The notes below the pieces were generated by a model. It made no database searches. It saw only the letters and a program-made list of their open reading frames with translations, and was not told where the DNA came from. From the human T2T-CHM13v2.0 reference genome, Homo sapiens: 64,000 bases of DNA. The position numbers and the translations under genes were made by a program. The stretch lies in the NCBI RefSeq assembly GCF_009914755.1, contig NC_060933.1. One strand, 5' to 3'. The stretch's first letter is position 1; each line of letters opens with the position of its first letter. Of this stretch, positions 26,500 to 39,671 are shown piece by piece.

Positions 26500-27660
26500 A
26501 AGAAACAAACACCTTTTTAAAGAGAAAAAAAATATGTCTACACATACACCTGGTAAGTGCCGAGGCTACAATTCTACCCATGTCCACCGGATTCCAAAAA
26601 GGTCTTTCTTTTTTCCACAATATCCCATGGATTTACCTGCAGTTGAAGTCAATCTAATGGTGAAGGGTAATAGACAAACATGAAAGTCTTTCAGACAGTA
26701 ATTACGGATACAAGAACAGAGAGCGTGAGTGCATCTATAAGTTAACTATGCCAACCTCTTTTTCTAGAAACTTCTCCCTAGACTATCTAAACTCTTGAGG
26801 CTATAAGTGCTAGATACGATTTCTCAATGTTTCTTGCAGGTAGCAGTGTCCATATGACACAGCTCTTGCCAACATACCATGAGCACAAGTGAGGTTTCTG
26901 GAAAAGCCTTTGCTTTTCTCTTCTAGGCATTAAGCCCTCTTGTTTCCCCCTTTCTTTCCTGCCTGAAATGCAGACCGAGAAAGGAAGAGGAAGCAGCCAT
27001 CTTGGGACCCACCATGTGGTAGGGAGCATAAGGAGGAAGGCCTCTATGCTAGGCACAGGTGACTGGAAAGTTGGGAGGAGCCTGCTGGTAGCATTCAGAG
27101 GCTAAACAGGGGCAGATACTTACTTACTCCATGGGCCTCTTAGAAGCTACTTTTGTAGGGTATTCTGTTATTTACAGAGAACACAGTCTTAACTGATACA
27201 TAGTATCAATAGAGTAAATGTTTTATTTGAGACATAAGTTAAACTTACAAGTTTTTCATGACAGTTTTAGGTGGACTTTAGTAGCACTTGAAATATACAT
27301 TTTAAAGGTTGAAGTAATTATTTACATTTTTGTAGTAGACAGTTAACCATAAATTATCTTTGAACCACTCAAAAAGCGGACATACCATCAGAAGCAGTAA
27401 ATATGGCTTCTAATTCAGTGACTCTGCCTCCATGGAATTTGTGAAGGAGCAGATGTGAAACATGGGCTCAGACAGGGTCTGGGTAACAGCCTTCTGTGTC
27501 TGGAGGTGCCTCTCTGTCCTGTAAGAGCTGTAAGTTTCCTGGGCATTGTCCTCATTCTTCTAGGTTGGAATCTCCATATCAGACAGCACTCTTCCTTGCT
27601 TCATCTGAGGTGGATTATGATCTGTGAGGTTTTGCAGTCATTTATGAAGCTTTGCAAGGT
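26500..27660 (-). pseudogene. P2 upstream segment 3 (homologous to ~41715-42860, including a shared old MLT1-like LTR)
   Basis: About 1.1 kb colinear similarity; TGTAAGTTTCCTGGGCATTG identical at 27529-27548 and 42754-42773; ACCCATGTC(C/T)AC(C/T)GGATTCCAA in both. Confidence 0.85.
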
Positions 27661-27862
27661 ACCCTTGGTGAGGAATTAATAAATCCTAGAGACTTGGTTA
27701 TTATTAGTTATGTATGGGAATTTGAAAAGCAGGAATTACTATCTTCATTTCTTAAAATTGTTTACAGACATTTGATGGAGGAGATAAATGCAGTTGTCAT
27801 TGAACTGCATTTCTTCTATAAATGCTGGCTAAAATGCATGTGTATATAAATAGACAGAACCA

Positions 27863-30800
27863 AGGAGGAGGATTCAAGATGGCCAAAGGAACAGCATTGG
27901 TCTGCAGCTCCCAGTGACATTGTCACAGAAGATGGGTGATTTCTGCATTTCTAACTGAGGTACCTGGTTCATCTCACTGGGACTGGTTGGACAGTGGGTG
28001 CAGCCCACGGAAGACAAGCCGAAGCAGGGCAGGGCATCACCTCAACTGGGAAGCACAAGGGGTGAGGGAATTTTCTCCCCTACCCAAGGGAAGCCATGAG
28101 GGTCTGAGCCTGAGGAACTCCGGCACAGATACTGTGCTTGTCCCATGGTCTTTGCAACCTGCAAGCCAGGAGATCCCCTCTGGTGCCTACCCAACCAGGG
28201 CCCTGGGTTTCAAGCACAAAACTGGGCGGCCAATTGGGCAGACATCAAACTAGCTGCAGGAGATCTTTTTTTTTTTTCCCCATACCCCAGTGGTGCCTGG
28301 AATGCCAGCGAGACAGAACTGTTCACTCCCCTGGAAAGGGGTGCTGAAGCCGGGAGCCAAGTGATCTGGCTTGGCGGGTCCCACCTACACAGAGCCCAGG
28401 AAACTAAGATCCACTGGCTTGAAATTCTCGCTGCCAACACAGCAGCAATCTGAGATCCACCTGGGACATTCGAGCTTGGTTGGGGGAGGGGGATCCACCA
28501 TTGTTGAGGCTTGAGTAGGCAGCTTTATGGTCACAGTGTAAACAAAGCCACTGGGAAGTTCAAATTGGGCAGACCCCACTGCAGCTCAGCAAGGCTGCTA
28601 TGGCCAGACTGCCAGATTCCTCCTCTCTGGACAGGGCATCTCTGTAAAACAGGCAGCAGCCCCAGTCAGGGGCTTATAGCATACTTAAACATCCCTGCCT
28701 GATGGCTCTGAAGAGAGCAGTGGACTTCCCAGCACAGCGTTCAAGCTCTGCTAAGGGTCAGACTGCCTCCTCAAGTGGGTCCCTGACCCCTATGTATACT
28801 GACTGGGACACACCTCCCAATAGGGGCCAACAGACATCTCATACAGGAGACCTCTGGCTGGCATCTGGGAGGTGCCCCTCTGGGTCGAAACTTCCAGAGG
28901 AAAGAACAGGCAGTAATCTTTGCTGCTCTGCAGTCTCTGCTGGTGATACCCAGGCAAACAGGACTGGGAGTGGACCTCCAGCAAACTCCAGCAGACTGGC
29001 AGCAGAGGGGGCCTGACTGTTAGAAGGAAAAGAAATAAACAGAAAGGATTAGCACACCCACTCAAAGACCCCATCTGAAGGTCGCTAATATCAAAGACCA
29101 AAGGTAGATAAATCCACAAAGATGGGGAAAAACCAGTGCAAAAGGCTGAAAATTCCAAAAACCAGAATGCCTCTCCTCATCCAAAGGATCACAACTCCTT
29201 GCCAGCAAGGAACAAAACTGGATGGAGAATGAGTTTGACAAACTGATAGAAGTAGGCTTCAGAAGGTGGGTAATAACAAACTCCTCCAAGCTAAAGGAGC
29301 ATGTTCTAACTCAATACAAGGAAGCTAAGAGCCTTGAATAAAGGTTAGTTGAATTGCTAACTGGAATAATCAATGTAGAGAAGAACATAAATGACCTGAT
29401 GAAGCTGAAAAACACAGCACGAGAACTTTGTGAAGAATACACAAGTACCAATAGCTGAATTGATCAAATGGAAGAAAGGATATCAGTAATTGAAGATTAA
29501 CTCATTGAAATAAAGAGAGAAGACAAGATTAGAGAAAAAAGAATAAAAAGGAATGAACAAAGTCTTCAAGAAATATGGGACTATGTGAAAAGACAAAATC
29601 TACGTCTGATTGGTGTACCTAAAAGTGAAGGGGAGAATGGAACCAAGTTGGAAAACACATCTCAGGATATTATCCAGAACTTCCCCAACCTAGCAAGACA
29701 GGCCAACATTCAAATTCAGGAAATACAGAGACCACCACAAAATACTCCTTGAGAAGAGCAACCCCAAGACACATAACTGTCAGATTCACCTAGGTTGAAA
29801 TGAAGGAAAAAATGTTAAGGGCAGCCAGAGAGAAATATTGGGGCAGCCAGAGAGAAAGGTCAGGTTACCCACAAAGGGAGACCCATCAGACTAACAGTGG
29901 ATCTCTCTGCAGAAACCCTACAAGCCAGTAAAGAGTAGGGACCAATATTCGACGTTCTCAAAGAAAAGAATTTTCAAACCATAATTTCATATCCAGCCAA
30001 ACTAAGCTTCATAAAGGAGGGAGAAATAAAATCCTTTACAGACAAGCAGATGCTGAGGGATTTTGTCACCACCAGACCTGCCTTACAAGAATTCCTGAAG
30101 GCAGCACTAAACATGGAAAGGAACAACTGGTACCAGCCACTGCAAAAACATGACAAATTATAAAGAACATCGATGCTATGAAGAAACTGCATCAACTAAC
30201 AGGCAAAACAACCAGCTAGCATCATAATGACAGGATCAAATTCACACATAACAATATTAATCTTAAATGTAAATGGGCTAAATGCCCCAATTAAAAGACA
30301 CAGACTGGCAAATTGGATAAAGAGTCAAGACCCATCAGTGTGCTGTCTTCAGGAGACCCATCTGACGTGCAAAGACACACATAGGCTCAAAATAAAGGGA
30401 TGGAGGAATATTTACCAAGCAAATGGAAAGCAAAAAAAAAAAAAAAGCAGGAGTTGCAATCCTAATCTCTGATAAAACAGACTTTAAACCAACAAAGATC
30501 AAAAGAGACAAAGAAGGGCATTGCATAATGGTAAAGGGATCAATTCACCAAGAAGAGCTAACTATCCTAAATATATATGCATCCAATACAGAAGAACCCA
30601 GATTCATAAAGCAAGTTTTTAGAGACCCGCAAAGAGACTTAGACTCCCACACAATAATAGTGGGAGACTTTAACACCCCACTGTCAATATTAGACAGACC
30701 AACAAGACAGAAAATTAACAAGGATATTCAGGACTTGAACTCAGCTCTGGACCAAGCGGACCTAATAGACATCTACAGAACTCTGCACCCCAAATCAAAA

Positions 30801-33800
30801 GAATACACATTCTTCTCAGCACCTCATCGCAGTTATTCTAAAATTGACCACATAATTGGAAGTAAAACACTCCTCAGCCAATAGAAAAGAATGGAAATCA
30901 TAACAAACAGTCTCTCAGACCACAGTGCAATCAAATTAGAACTCAGGATTAAGAAACTCACTCAAAACCACACAATTACAAAAAAACTGAACAATCTGCT
31001 CCTGAATGACTACTGAGTAAATAATGAAATGAAGGCAGAAATAAAAATGTTCTTTGAAACCAATGAGAATGAAGACACAAAGTAACAGACTCTCTGGGAC
31101 ACATTTAAAGCAGTGTGTAGAGGGAAATTTATAGCACTAAATGCCCACAAGAGAAAGCAGGAAAGATCTAAAATTGATATCCTAATATTAAAAATAAAAG
31201 AACTAGAGAAGCAACAGCAAACAAATTCAAAAGCTAGCAGAAGACATGAAATAACTAACATCAGAGCAGAACTGAAGGAGATAGAGACATGAAACACCCT
31301 TCAAAAAATCAATGAATCCAGGAGCTGGTTTTTTGAAAAAACTCAACAAAATAGATAGACCGCTAGCCAGACTAATAAAGAAGAAATAGAGAAGAATCAA
31401 ATAGACACAATAAAAAATGACATAGGGGATATCACCACTGATCTCACAGAAATACAAACTACCATCAGAGAATACTATAAACACTTCCACACAAATAAAC
31501 TAGAAAATCTAGAAGAAATGGATAAATAACTGGACACAAACACCCTCCCAAGTCTAAGCCAGAAAGAAGTTGAACCCCTGAATAAACCAATAACAAGGTC
31601 AGAAATTGAGGCAGTAATTAATAGCTTACCAACCAAAAGAAGTCCAGGACCAGATGGATTCACAGCCAAATTCTAGCAGAGGTACAAAGAGGAGCTGGTA
31701 CCATTCCTTCTGAAACTATTCCAAACAATAGAAAAAGAAAGAATCCTCCCTAACTCATTTTATGAAGACAGCATCATCCTGATACCAAAACCTGGCAGAG
31801 ATACAACAAAAAAAGGAAATTGCAGGCCAATATCCCTAATGAACATCAATGAGAAAATCCTCAATAAAATACTGGCAAACTGAATCCAGCAGCACATCAA
31901 AAAGCTTATCCACCATGACCAAGTTGGCTTCATACCTGGGATGCAAGGCTGGTTCAACATACACAAATCAATAAACATAATCCATCACATAAACAGAACC
32001 AATGACAAAAACCACACGATTATCTCAATAGATGCAGAAAAGGCCTTCAATAGAATTCAACACCACTTCATGCTAAAAACTCAATAAACAGGTATTGATA
32101 GAACATATCTCAAAATAATAGGAGCTATTTATGACAAACCCACAGCCAATATCATACTGAATTGGCAAGAGCTGGAAGCATTCCCTTTGAAAACTGGCAC
32201 AAGACAAGGATGCCTTCACTCATCACTCCTATTTAACACAGTACTGGAAGTTCTGGCCAGGGCAATCAGGCAAGAGAAAGCAGTACAGGTATTCGAACAG
32301 GAAGAGAGGAAGTCAAATTGTCTCTGTTGGCAGATGACGTGACTGTATATTTAGAAAACCCCATTGTTTCAGCCCAAAAACCCCTTAAGCTGATAAGCAA
32401 CTTCAGCAACGTCTCAGGATACAAAATCAATGTGCAAAAATCACAAGCATTCGTATACACCAATAACAGACAAACAGAGAGCCAAATCATGAGTAAACTC
32501 CCATTCACAATTGCTACTAAGAAAATAAAATACCTAGGAATACAACTTACAAGGGAGGTGAAGTACCTGTTCAAAGAGAACTACAAACCACTGCTCAAGG
32601 ATATAAGAGAGGATACAAACAAATGGAAAAGCATTCCATGCTCGTGGATACAAAGAATCAATATCATGACAATGGCCATATTGCCCAAAGAAATTTATAC
32701 ATTCAATGCTATCCCCATCAAGCTACCATTGACTTTCTTCACAGAATTGGAAAAAACTACTTTAAACTTCATATGGAACCAAAAAAGAGCCCGCATAGCC
32801 AAGACAATCCTGGGCAACAAGGACAAAACTGGAGGCATCGCACTATCTGACTTCAAACTATACTACAAGGCTACAATAACCAAAACAACATGGTACTGGT
32901 ACCAAAACAGATATATAGATGAATGGAACAGAATGGAGGCCTCAGAAATAAACCACACATCTAGAACCATCTGATCTTCAACAAACCTGACAAAAACAAG
33001 CAATGGGGAAAGAATTCCCTATTTAATAAATGGTGTTTGGAAAACTGGCTAGCCATATGGAGAAAACTGAAACTGGACCCCTTCCTTACCTTATACAAAA
33101 ATCAACTCAAGACGGATTAAAGACTTAAACGTAAGACCTAGGGCCATAAAAATCCTAGAAGAAAACCTGGGCAATTCCATTCAGGACATATGCATGGGCA
33201 AAGACTTCATGACTGAAACACCAAAAGCAATGGCAACAAAAGCTAAAATTGACAAAAGGGATCACATTAAACTAAAGAGCTTCTGGACAGCAAATGAAAC
33301 TATCATCAGAGTGAACAGGCAACATACAGAATGGGAGAAAATTTTTGCAATCTGTCCATCTGACAAAGGCCTAATATCCAGAATCTACCAAGAACTTAAA
33401 CAACTTCACAAAAAAAAAAACCCCATCAAAAAGTGGGCAAAGGATATGAACAGATACTTCTCAAAAGAAGACATTTATGCAGCCAACAGACATGAAAAAA
33501 TACTCATCATCACAGGTCATTAGAGAAATGCAAATCAAAACCACAATGAGATACCATCTCATGCCAGTTAGAATGGCGATCATTAAAATGTCAGGAAACA
33601 ACTGATGCTGGAGAGGCTGTGGATAAGTAGGAATGCTTTTACACTGTTGGTGGGAGTGTAAATTAGTTCAACCACTGTGGAAGACAGTGTGGTGATTCCT
33701 CCAGGATCTAGAACTAGAAATACCATTTGACCCAGCAATCCCATTACTGGGCATATGCCCAAAGGATTATAAATCATTCTACAATAAAGACATTTGCACA

Positions 33801-34263
33801 TGTGTTTATTGCGTCACTATTCACAATAGCAAAGACTTGGAACCAACCCAAATGTCCATCAATGATAGACTGGATTAAGAAAACGTGGCACATATACACC
33901 ATGGAATACTATGCAGCCATAAAAAAGGATGAGTTTATGTCCTTTGCAGGGTCATGGATGAAGCTGGAAACCATCATTCTCAGCAAACTATCACAAGATC
34001 AGAAAACCAAACACCACATGTTCTCACTCATAAATGGGAGTTGAACAATGAGAACACATGGACACAGGGAGGGGAATATCACACACCGTGGCCTGTTTGG
34101 GGGTGGGGGGCTAGGGGAGGGATAGCATTGGAGAAATACCTACTGCAGGTGATGGGTTGATGGGTGAAGCAAACCACCATGGAACATGTATATCTATGTA
34201 ACAAACCTGCACGTTCTGCACATGTAACCAAGAACTTAAAGTATAATTTTTAAAAAAGAAAAA
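27863..34263 (+). mobile_element. Full-length, inactivated L1PA6/7-like LINE-1 (ORF1 ~29122-30162, ORF2 30227-34044)
   Basis: 5'UTR start GGAGGATTCAAGATGGCC; ORF2 MTGSNSHITIL; many stops and frameshifts; TSD AAATAGACAGAACCA 27848-27862 / 34264-34278. Confidence 0.97.
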
Positions 34264-34876
34264 AAATAGACAGAACCAGTAAAATACTAAGTTGATAACT
34301 ACGTCAGTTTACTTTTCTAACAAGTGTTCATACTATTTCAGTAATTTTGCTTACAGAAATAGTTTGCAAATTCTAAAGAAGTGAACATAAATTATGTTCC
34401 TTCATTATACTATTTCTTCTGTAATATATGATATGGACTTGTTTGTTCTGTTCTATATTATGTCTATTCCTTTTTATCCTTAAAAAATAATTTACTTTTA
34501 AGTTTCTTAGACACTGGAACTGAGAACAGAACCCTAGCTTGAAAAGTACTTGAGTTCCCTTCAGACTATACTAGAAAAAAAGGAAATTAAAAAGGAAAAA
34601 AAAGCGTTTGAGTTTATATGGTCTTAACTAAATTACATTGGTTTAGTGTCCAATCCGATTGTTTGCAATGAGTATTTCAATATGACACAAAAACCTTTTG
34701 TAATCTATTAGGAAAGGTCAAGTTTTATGGCTTTATCTATATCCAATCTAAGAGTTAATATCAATAAAACATTTTGGTCCATTTCATGTAACTGGTGTTA
34801 GGTATTGTTACTACTATATGGTGTTAGGTATTGTAACAACTGTATTGTTACTACGTATGGTTAAAGCGGTAGAGGT

Positions 34877-34882
34877 TTTATT
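34877..34882 (-). other. RLN2: RLN2 distal polyadenylation signal AATAAA
   Basis: TTTATT on plus strand 100 nt beyond the proximal signal. Confidence 0.55.
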
Positions 34883-34976
34883 GTAATTTTAAGTTAACAG
34901 CATTAAAAAGAATAACACAACATAATCATGCTGTTAATAAAAAGACAAAAAGGCTTTTCAGCAAAAAAATGTGTCA

Positions 34977-34982
34977 TTTAAT
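34977..34982 (-). other. RLN2: RLN2 proximal polyadenylation signal ATTAAA
   Basis: TTTAAT on plus strand about 207 nt after the stop codon. Confidence 0.65.
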
Positions 34983-35188
34983 CACACAAAGAACATTTTC
35001 TTACACATCAAATAAAAAAATCTAAACATCAACAAAGATGTTTAGATATTCTAAGAATTGATGGGACCTAATATCTAACAAAGATTCTTAGATATTCTAA
35101 GAATTGATGGGACCTGATAGAAGCATCAGTGAAATGTCATTAAGAATATGTGTGAATATTATACGAGATGTGCACAATTAGCTTCATC

Positions 35189-35535
35189 TCAGCAAAATCT
35201 AGCAAGAGATCTTTTGGTACAACCAACATGGCAACATTTATTAGCCAATGCACTGTAGAGTTGTCTCTTTTTTCGAGAATGAGTATCCAAGCCTAAGTAT
35301 TTTAATTCTGAAGGACTGCTGTCTGCGGCTTCACTTTGTCTATTGCGAATAAGTTTCTTAAATTCTTCAAAGAGAAGACTGGAATCTTTTAATACAGGTA
35401 CATGTTGTTGTAGCTGTGGTAATGCTGGCTGCATCTCAGACAGGGTTAACTTCAGCTCCTGTGGCAAATTAGCAACAAATTCTGACATCATATTTATGGT
35501 TTCTGTATCTTTGTTGATGAAGGATGGCACAATTT
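35189..35535 (-). CDS. RLN2: Relaxin-2 coding exon 2: C peptide and A chain
   Basis: Acceptor TTTAACAG|AAATTGTG at 35536/35535; [10 protein letters not shown]...[31 protein letters not shown] at 35191-35189; 211+347=558 nt = 185 aa + stop. Confidence 0.99.
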
Positions 35536-38500
35536 CTGTTAAATTTAAAAAAAAAGGTGTATGTGAGGGTATATTCATGTCAAAGAGCACTCAGAAAAAC
35601 TATGAATGTTTGCATAGACAAAAAAGCATTGCCTCAGTATAAATTAAACATTGAAACAAAATAAGCAAGCATCCTAATATCTAAACACTTAGCTTACTTA
35701 CAGTTGGACACCTTAAAGTACCATAATTTTACCAAGGCTCTGCTTTACCCCATTGGTCCTCTCTCGTCTCTCTTCATGATCCCCTCAGTGCTTTTATCAT
35801 AGTACTTTTGACTCTCCCTGACATTAATCTGTCATCTTTCTGAAGTCATGTAAGTCACTGAAAACAGTTTGACCACAGCTAGTGGTCATTTTCTTGGATT
35901 CTTCTTAGTTAAGTCATTTTCTTCCATTGCTATGATTTATGATATTATGAGTTGTAATAGTAACCCTTGAAAAAGATATTACTTTAAGCTATTGAATATT
36001 TCATGGTGGGAAGTTACTCCTGGAGGATAAAGTTAAAGAGGCAGAATTTCCAACACCTCTGATCTAATCAGCAGGAGAAAGAAGTCTCTGATGTTCCTTA
36101 ACCATCTATTTAACAATTTGTCTTCCCCAGAGTATTTACTCCAAAACAATAGTATTTTATATGAAAGAGAGAAGTGGGTTAAAAGAACACTAACCAAAAA
36201 TCACTGATTTAAGAAGAGATTTGTATCTGCTGTGGAGTATGTGTACTGACTAATGTTTTCTGTTTGATATTTGTTCCAAAGCTGCAGATCATGCACTATG
36301 CAAGATCTGTGTGTCTCCTAGGAAGGGAGCCTGTTCTTACACAGCATCCCAGGCTGGCCAAATGTGAAGGCTGGGACTTGGGCTGGGAACCTGCTGGACA
36401 CCCAGCTGACATCTTCCTCCATCTTTGCACCCATTCAGCTCAGTTGAACATTCATTACCTGTTTCCATGTCTCTGGCACTGCCAGTTAAAAGATATAAAT
36501 TTATTTAAATGTTTCTTGCTCTCAAAAAGCTTACAGTGAGTTAAACCCTCTCCTAACCTTAACTGTCCTAATTATACAACTTAATAGTTTTATTTCACAA
36601 AGAAATTAGAAACACGATGATGTTTAAATTACAGTGAAAACCCATATCAGGTCTTGCTGCTCTTCTTCCTGGACAGGAAAACTCTCCATTAACAAGGCAT
36701 TACTCTTGAAATAATGAAAATAAAGAGAAGAGGGGAGTAAATCTAAGTGCGGGAGGCAGACACCTGGTTAACCACTGATGCCTGCTGATCAGAGGAAACC
36801 ACGACCCTTCACCTAGACAGCGGTGGTTCTGGGGCTGATCATTTCCTGAGTTTTCTGGCAAGAGATTCAGTTGTTCCCCTTCTAGCCAACAAAAAAATTC
36901 AACAATTGGAGTTTGACAGAGGAATAAAAAAAAACAAACTGTAGTATTTCATCCTTCCTCCCAACACTCTCCCTCATTCATGTTCTAAACTGGAAATGAC
37001 AGATGAGAATTTATATCGTTTTTGGTTAAATGAGAGGTTTTGGCATTTCCCCTCAGTAAGACATCCTAAGTTTAATTCAATTTCATCATAAAAACCTCTC
37101 TTTGATCCAACCTAAACTTTCTGTAGTTGGGGCCTTATTAAATACTGAAAGAAGCTGATGGTAATTTTCTATATACTTAAAGCCAGTTAAATGAGTCAGC
37201 CAAAACAGTTATAGTTTGTATTAGGTTTGTTCATAGGCTGTGTATTTTATACTTTTATTAAAATTATATTTTTAAACCTGTTTTGAAATATTTCATAATC
37301 CATAACACCTTTAGCTATGGAACCTAGGCTCAAAGAAAATATTCTGTCTGAATTCATACAAATACCCTTATTCACTTATTATTTTGGATGTAAATCTCAC
37401 TAAAATAGGCCTCTTCTGGTTTAAAGGGTATCTTATTTTTAAAAGGGATGCAGTGAATATGATTTTAGCACATATTGTAGGATGAAATGGATGGCTAACA
37501 ATGTAATAATGTGGAAGCAAATAGCAACTACCTAACAGTAGAAGTCTGAAAACTCAAATTAATCACAAATTACTGACATGTACTTCCAAAACGATTCCTA
37601 CCTAGTAATGGTAAACATTTGTCTTAATCTCCACCTGCAGGCAATATTTTCTGAGGTTACTTTCAGTTAAATTATACTGCACATCAATAAAGAAAATTCT
37701 TTAAAAATACTTTGTAATCTCATGTCTCTTCAAAGGAAATAAAAATGTAGCCATATCTATATACAAATGTGCTTAATGAAGTATTTTCAGCAACAATTTA
37801 GAAATAAACTAAATATCCACCAAAGAATCCTTAAGTGTATGTGGCAGATTTATGACAAAAAATACTACACAGGAATTTCAAATTGTGTTTTGGGATAATA
37901 ACAATGTGAGAAACTGCTCAAAGTATAATGGTGAGTGAAAATGCAAAAGATATATACATATACCTATCCAAATGTTAACATTTCTTTCCACTTACTTGTT
38001 TAATATAATTTCATTTTCTCATAAAATTCACATATACTTTTCAAAGTCCTTAATATCTACGAGTGCTTCTCATTTTTCACGCTGCATTAATGTACATTTG
38101 TCTTTAATAGGAGCATTACTACTTTTATAGTCAGAAAATGTGGAATAATAAAGCAAATGCAATGCAATCCGGTCTTCTCTACTTTTTATCACTAAATTCC
38201 TAGACGTTGTGGTATTTTTGTACTAATGTTATACAAAAGTCATGTAAAAACTGCCATTAAATAAATCAAACTCTAACAATGTAGAAAAGTAAATAACTTT
38301 AGAAGCATACTTTAAATCTCATAAAAGAGAAGTAAATGTATTTCTGTTAGAGTCATTTATATATAGTATATGCATATAGCCTATAAAATTTAGTTGCGGT
38401 TTATCATAAATTACATGTCATACTAATACAAAACACTTAGTATTTGCAACTGCGGTTACTTTCTCTGAATTTAATATGACCCGTTACACTTCTTAGACTA

Positions 38501-39186
38501 GTATATACCTCCATGAGTTTCCACTGCTACTTTATAAATACTAAAATATTTTTAAAAGCCATTTCAGATTGAGCTGTACTCAACTCTAAGAGCTTGCCTT
38601 TAAAGCAAACCCACTGCAGCTTCCAAATGCTTGAAAGCATCAGTAGGGTCTTCAGCTATGATGGTCTGAACGGCCTGCTTTCCTTGTCTCTGGTCCTCTT
38701 GAGTTTCTCCTAAAGGCATTCAAGCCTTTCCTTTCTCTTCCATCCCCTGCCTCACAAATGAACTTCAATACCCAGATCAAAGAAGCGGGAGGTCAGACTC
38801 TTTCCTTTGGGATTTTCTGTTTGTTTATTTTAAAGAACGTTTCCAATGGCAAAGGCCACAGCCCAACTTCTGGACTAGGAGAGTCATTAAGTGTAAGGCC
38901 CTTCCTGTCTTCCCATCACGGGACCCTCACAGAGACCTCAGAGTGTTGCCCCGTCCTACAGGCGCGCAAACAGGCTTGATAACTAGCGCGCCGCCTCAGT
39001 GTTTGTCCCCTCTCCTCTCTATCCGAGAAGCCCTGTTCAGGTGCCCCCACCAGCACGCCCGCTGTCTGGCCGCCTGGCTTTCCTGTGGGGTGCAGGAGTG
39101 CGCCCGGCCTCCTGCGGGTCTCCGGGCGGCGTCACCTCCTCTGAGGCTTCCCCTCCCTTTCCACCCCGTCGCTCTGACTGCCTTAC

Positions 39187-39287
39187 GGAAAGGGCACCAA
39201 GGAACTCTCGGGTGAAGCAGCTTCCTGTTCTCAGTGCTTTCCCTCCGTCCGGTGAGATTCCCAGTGAGACTGTTTGAATAAAATCAC
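39187..39287 (-). CDS. RLN2: RLN2 101-nt alternative cassette exon (frameshifted 117-aa isoform lacking the A chain)
   Basis: Acceptor TTTCCTTTGCCAG|GT at 39288/39287, donor TCC|GTAAGG at 39187/39186; encodes [34 protein letters not shown], then exon 2 reads [13 protein letters not shown] (TAA 35496-35494); matches the known relaxin splice variant. Confidence 0.9.
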
Positions 39288-39460
39288 CTGGCAAAGGAAA
39301 AGCCCAAACTTTAGGGACCAGCCACGGCTGAGTAGGGGCTGAGCGGTGGCAGCCAATGAGATCTCGAGTCGGACGTGCAGGCCGCCGTTCCAATTGGGCG
39401 GCCGCCCCAGAGTAACCAATGGGAAGCGCGGGAAGGCCGGGAGGGGGCGGGAGCTCTCAC

Positions 39461-39671
39461 CTGCCACTGGTCTAGGTGTCTGAGGAGCATCTTCCTGGCT
39501 CAGAGACCTTTTGCTCCAGGTGCTCATGCCGCAAATGGCAATCTGCGCGCGAACTAATTCGCGGCCGCATAATTTAATAACTTCCTCCATCCATGAGTCC
39601 GCGACTGCTCTGGAAAATTGGTTCAGTAGTAAACAGACTCCTAGCAGGTGGAAAAAAAACAGGCGAGGCAT
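39461..39671 (-). CDS. RLN2: Relaxin-2 (preprorelaxin H2) coding exon 1: signal peptide, B chain, start of C peptide
   Basis: ATG at 39671; [70 protein letters not shown]; H2-type B chain ([17 protein letters not shown]); donor CAG|GTGAGA at 39461/39460, phase 1; 211 nt. Confidence 0.99.

Noticed and set aside
30227-34044. L1 ORF2 as an active retrotransposon
   Set aside because: Multiple stops and frameshifts, and an altered FADD motif.
34793-34860. Short direct repeats TGGTGTTAGGTATTGT (similar cases at 21051-21081 and 29819-29857)
   Set aside because: Ordinary local slippage duplications; not a CRISPR-like or otherwise functional array.
35536-35590. N-terminal extension of the exon-2 ORF (MLFDMNIP...)
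   Set aside because: This is the intronic polypyrimidine tract and acceptor, not coding sequence.
39231-39460. Read-through of RLN2 exon 1 into the intron (146-aa ORF)
   Set aside because: A strong donor lies at 39460; the extension is open intron sequence with no evidence of use.
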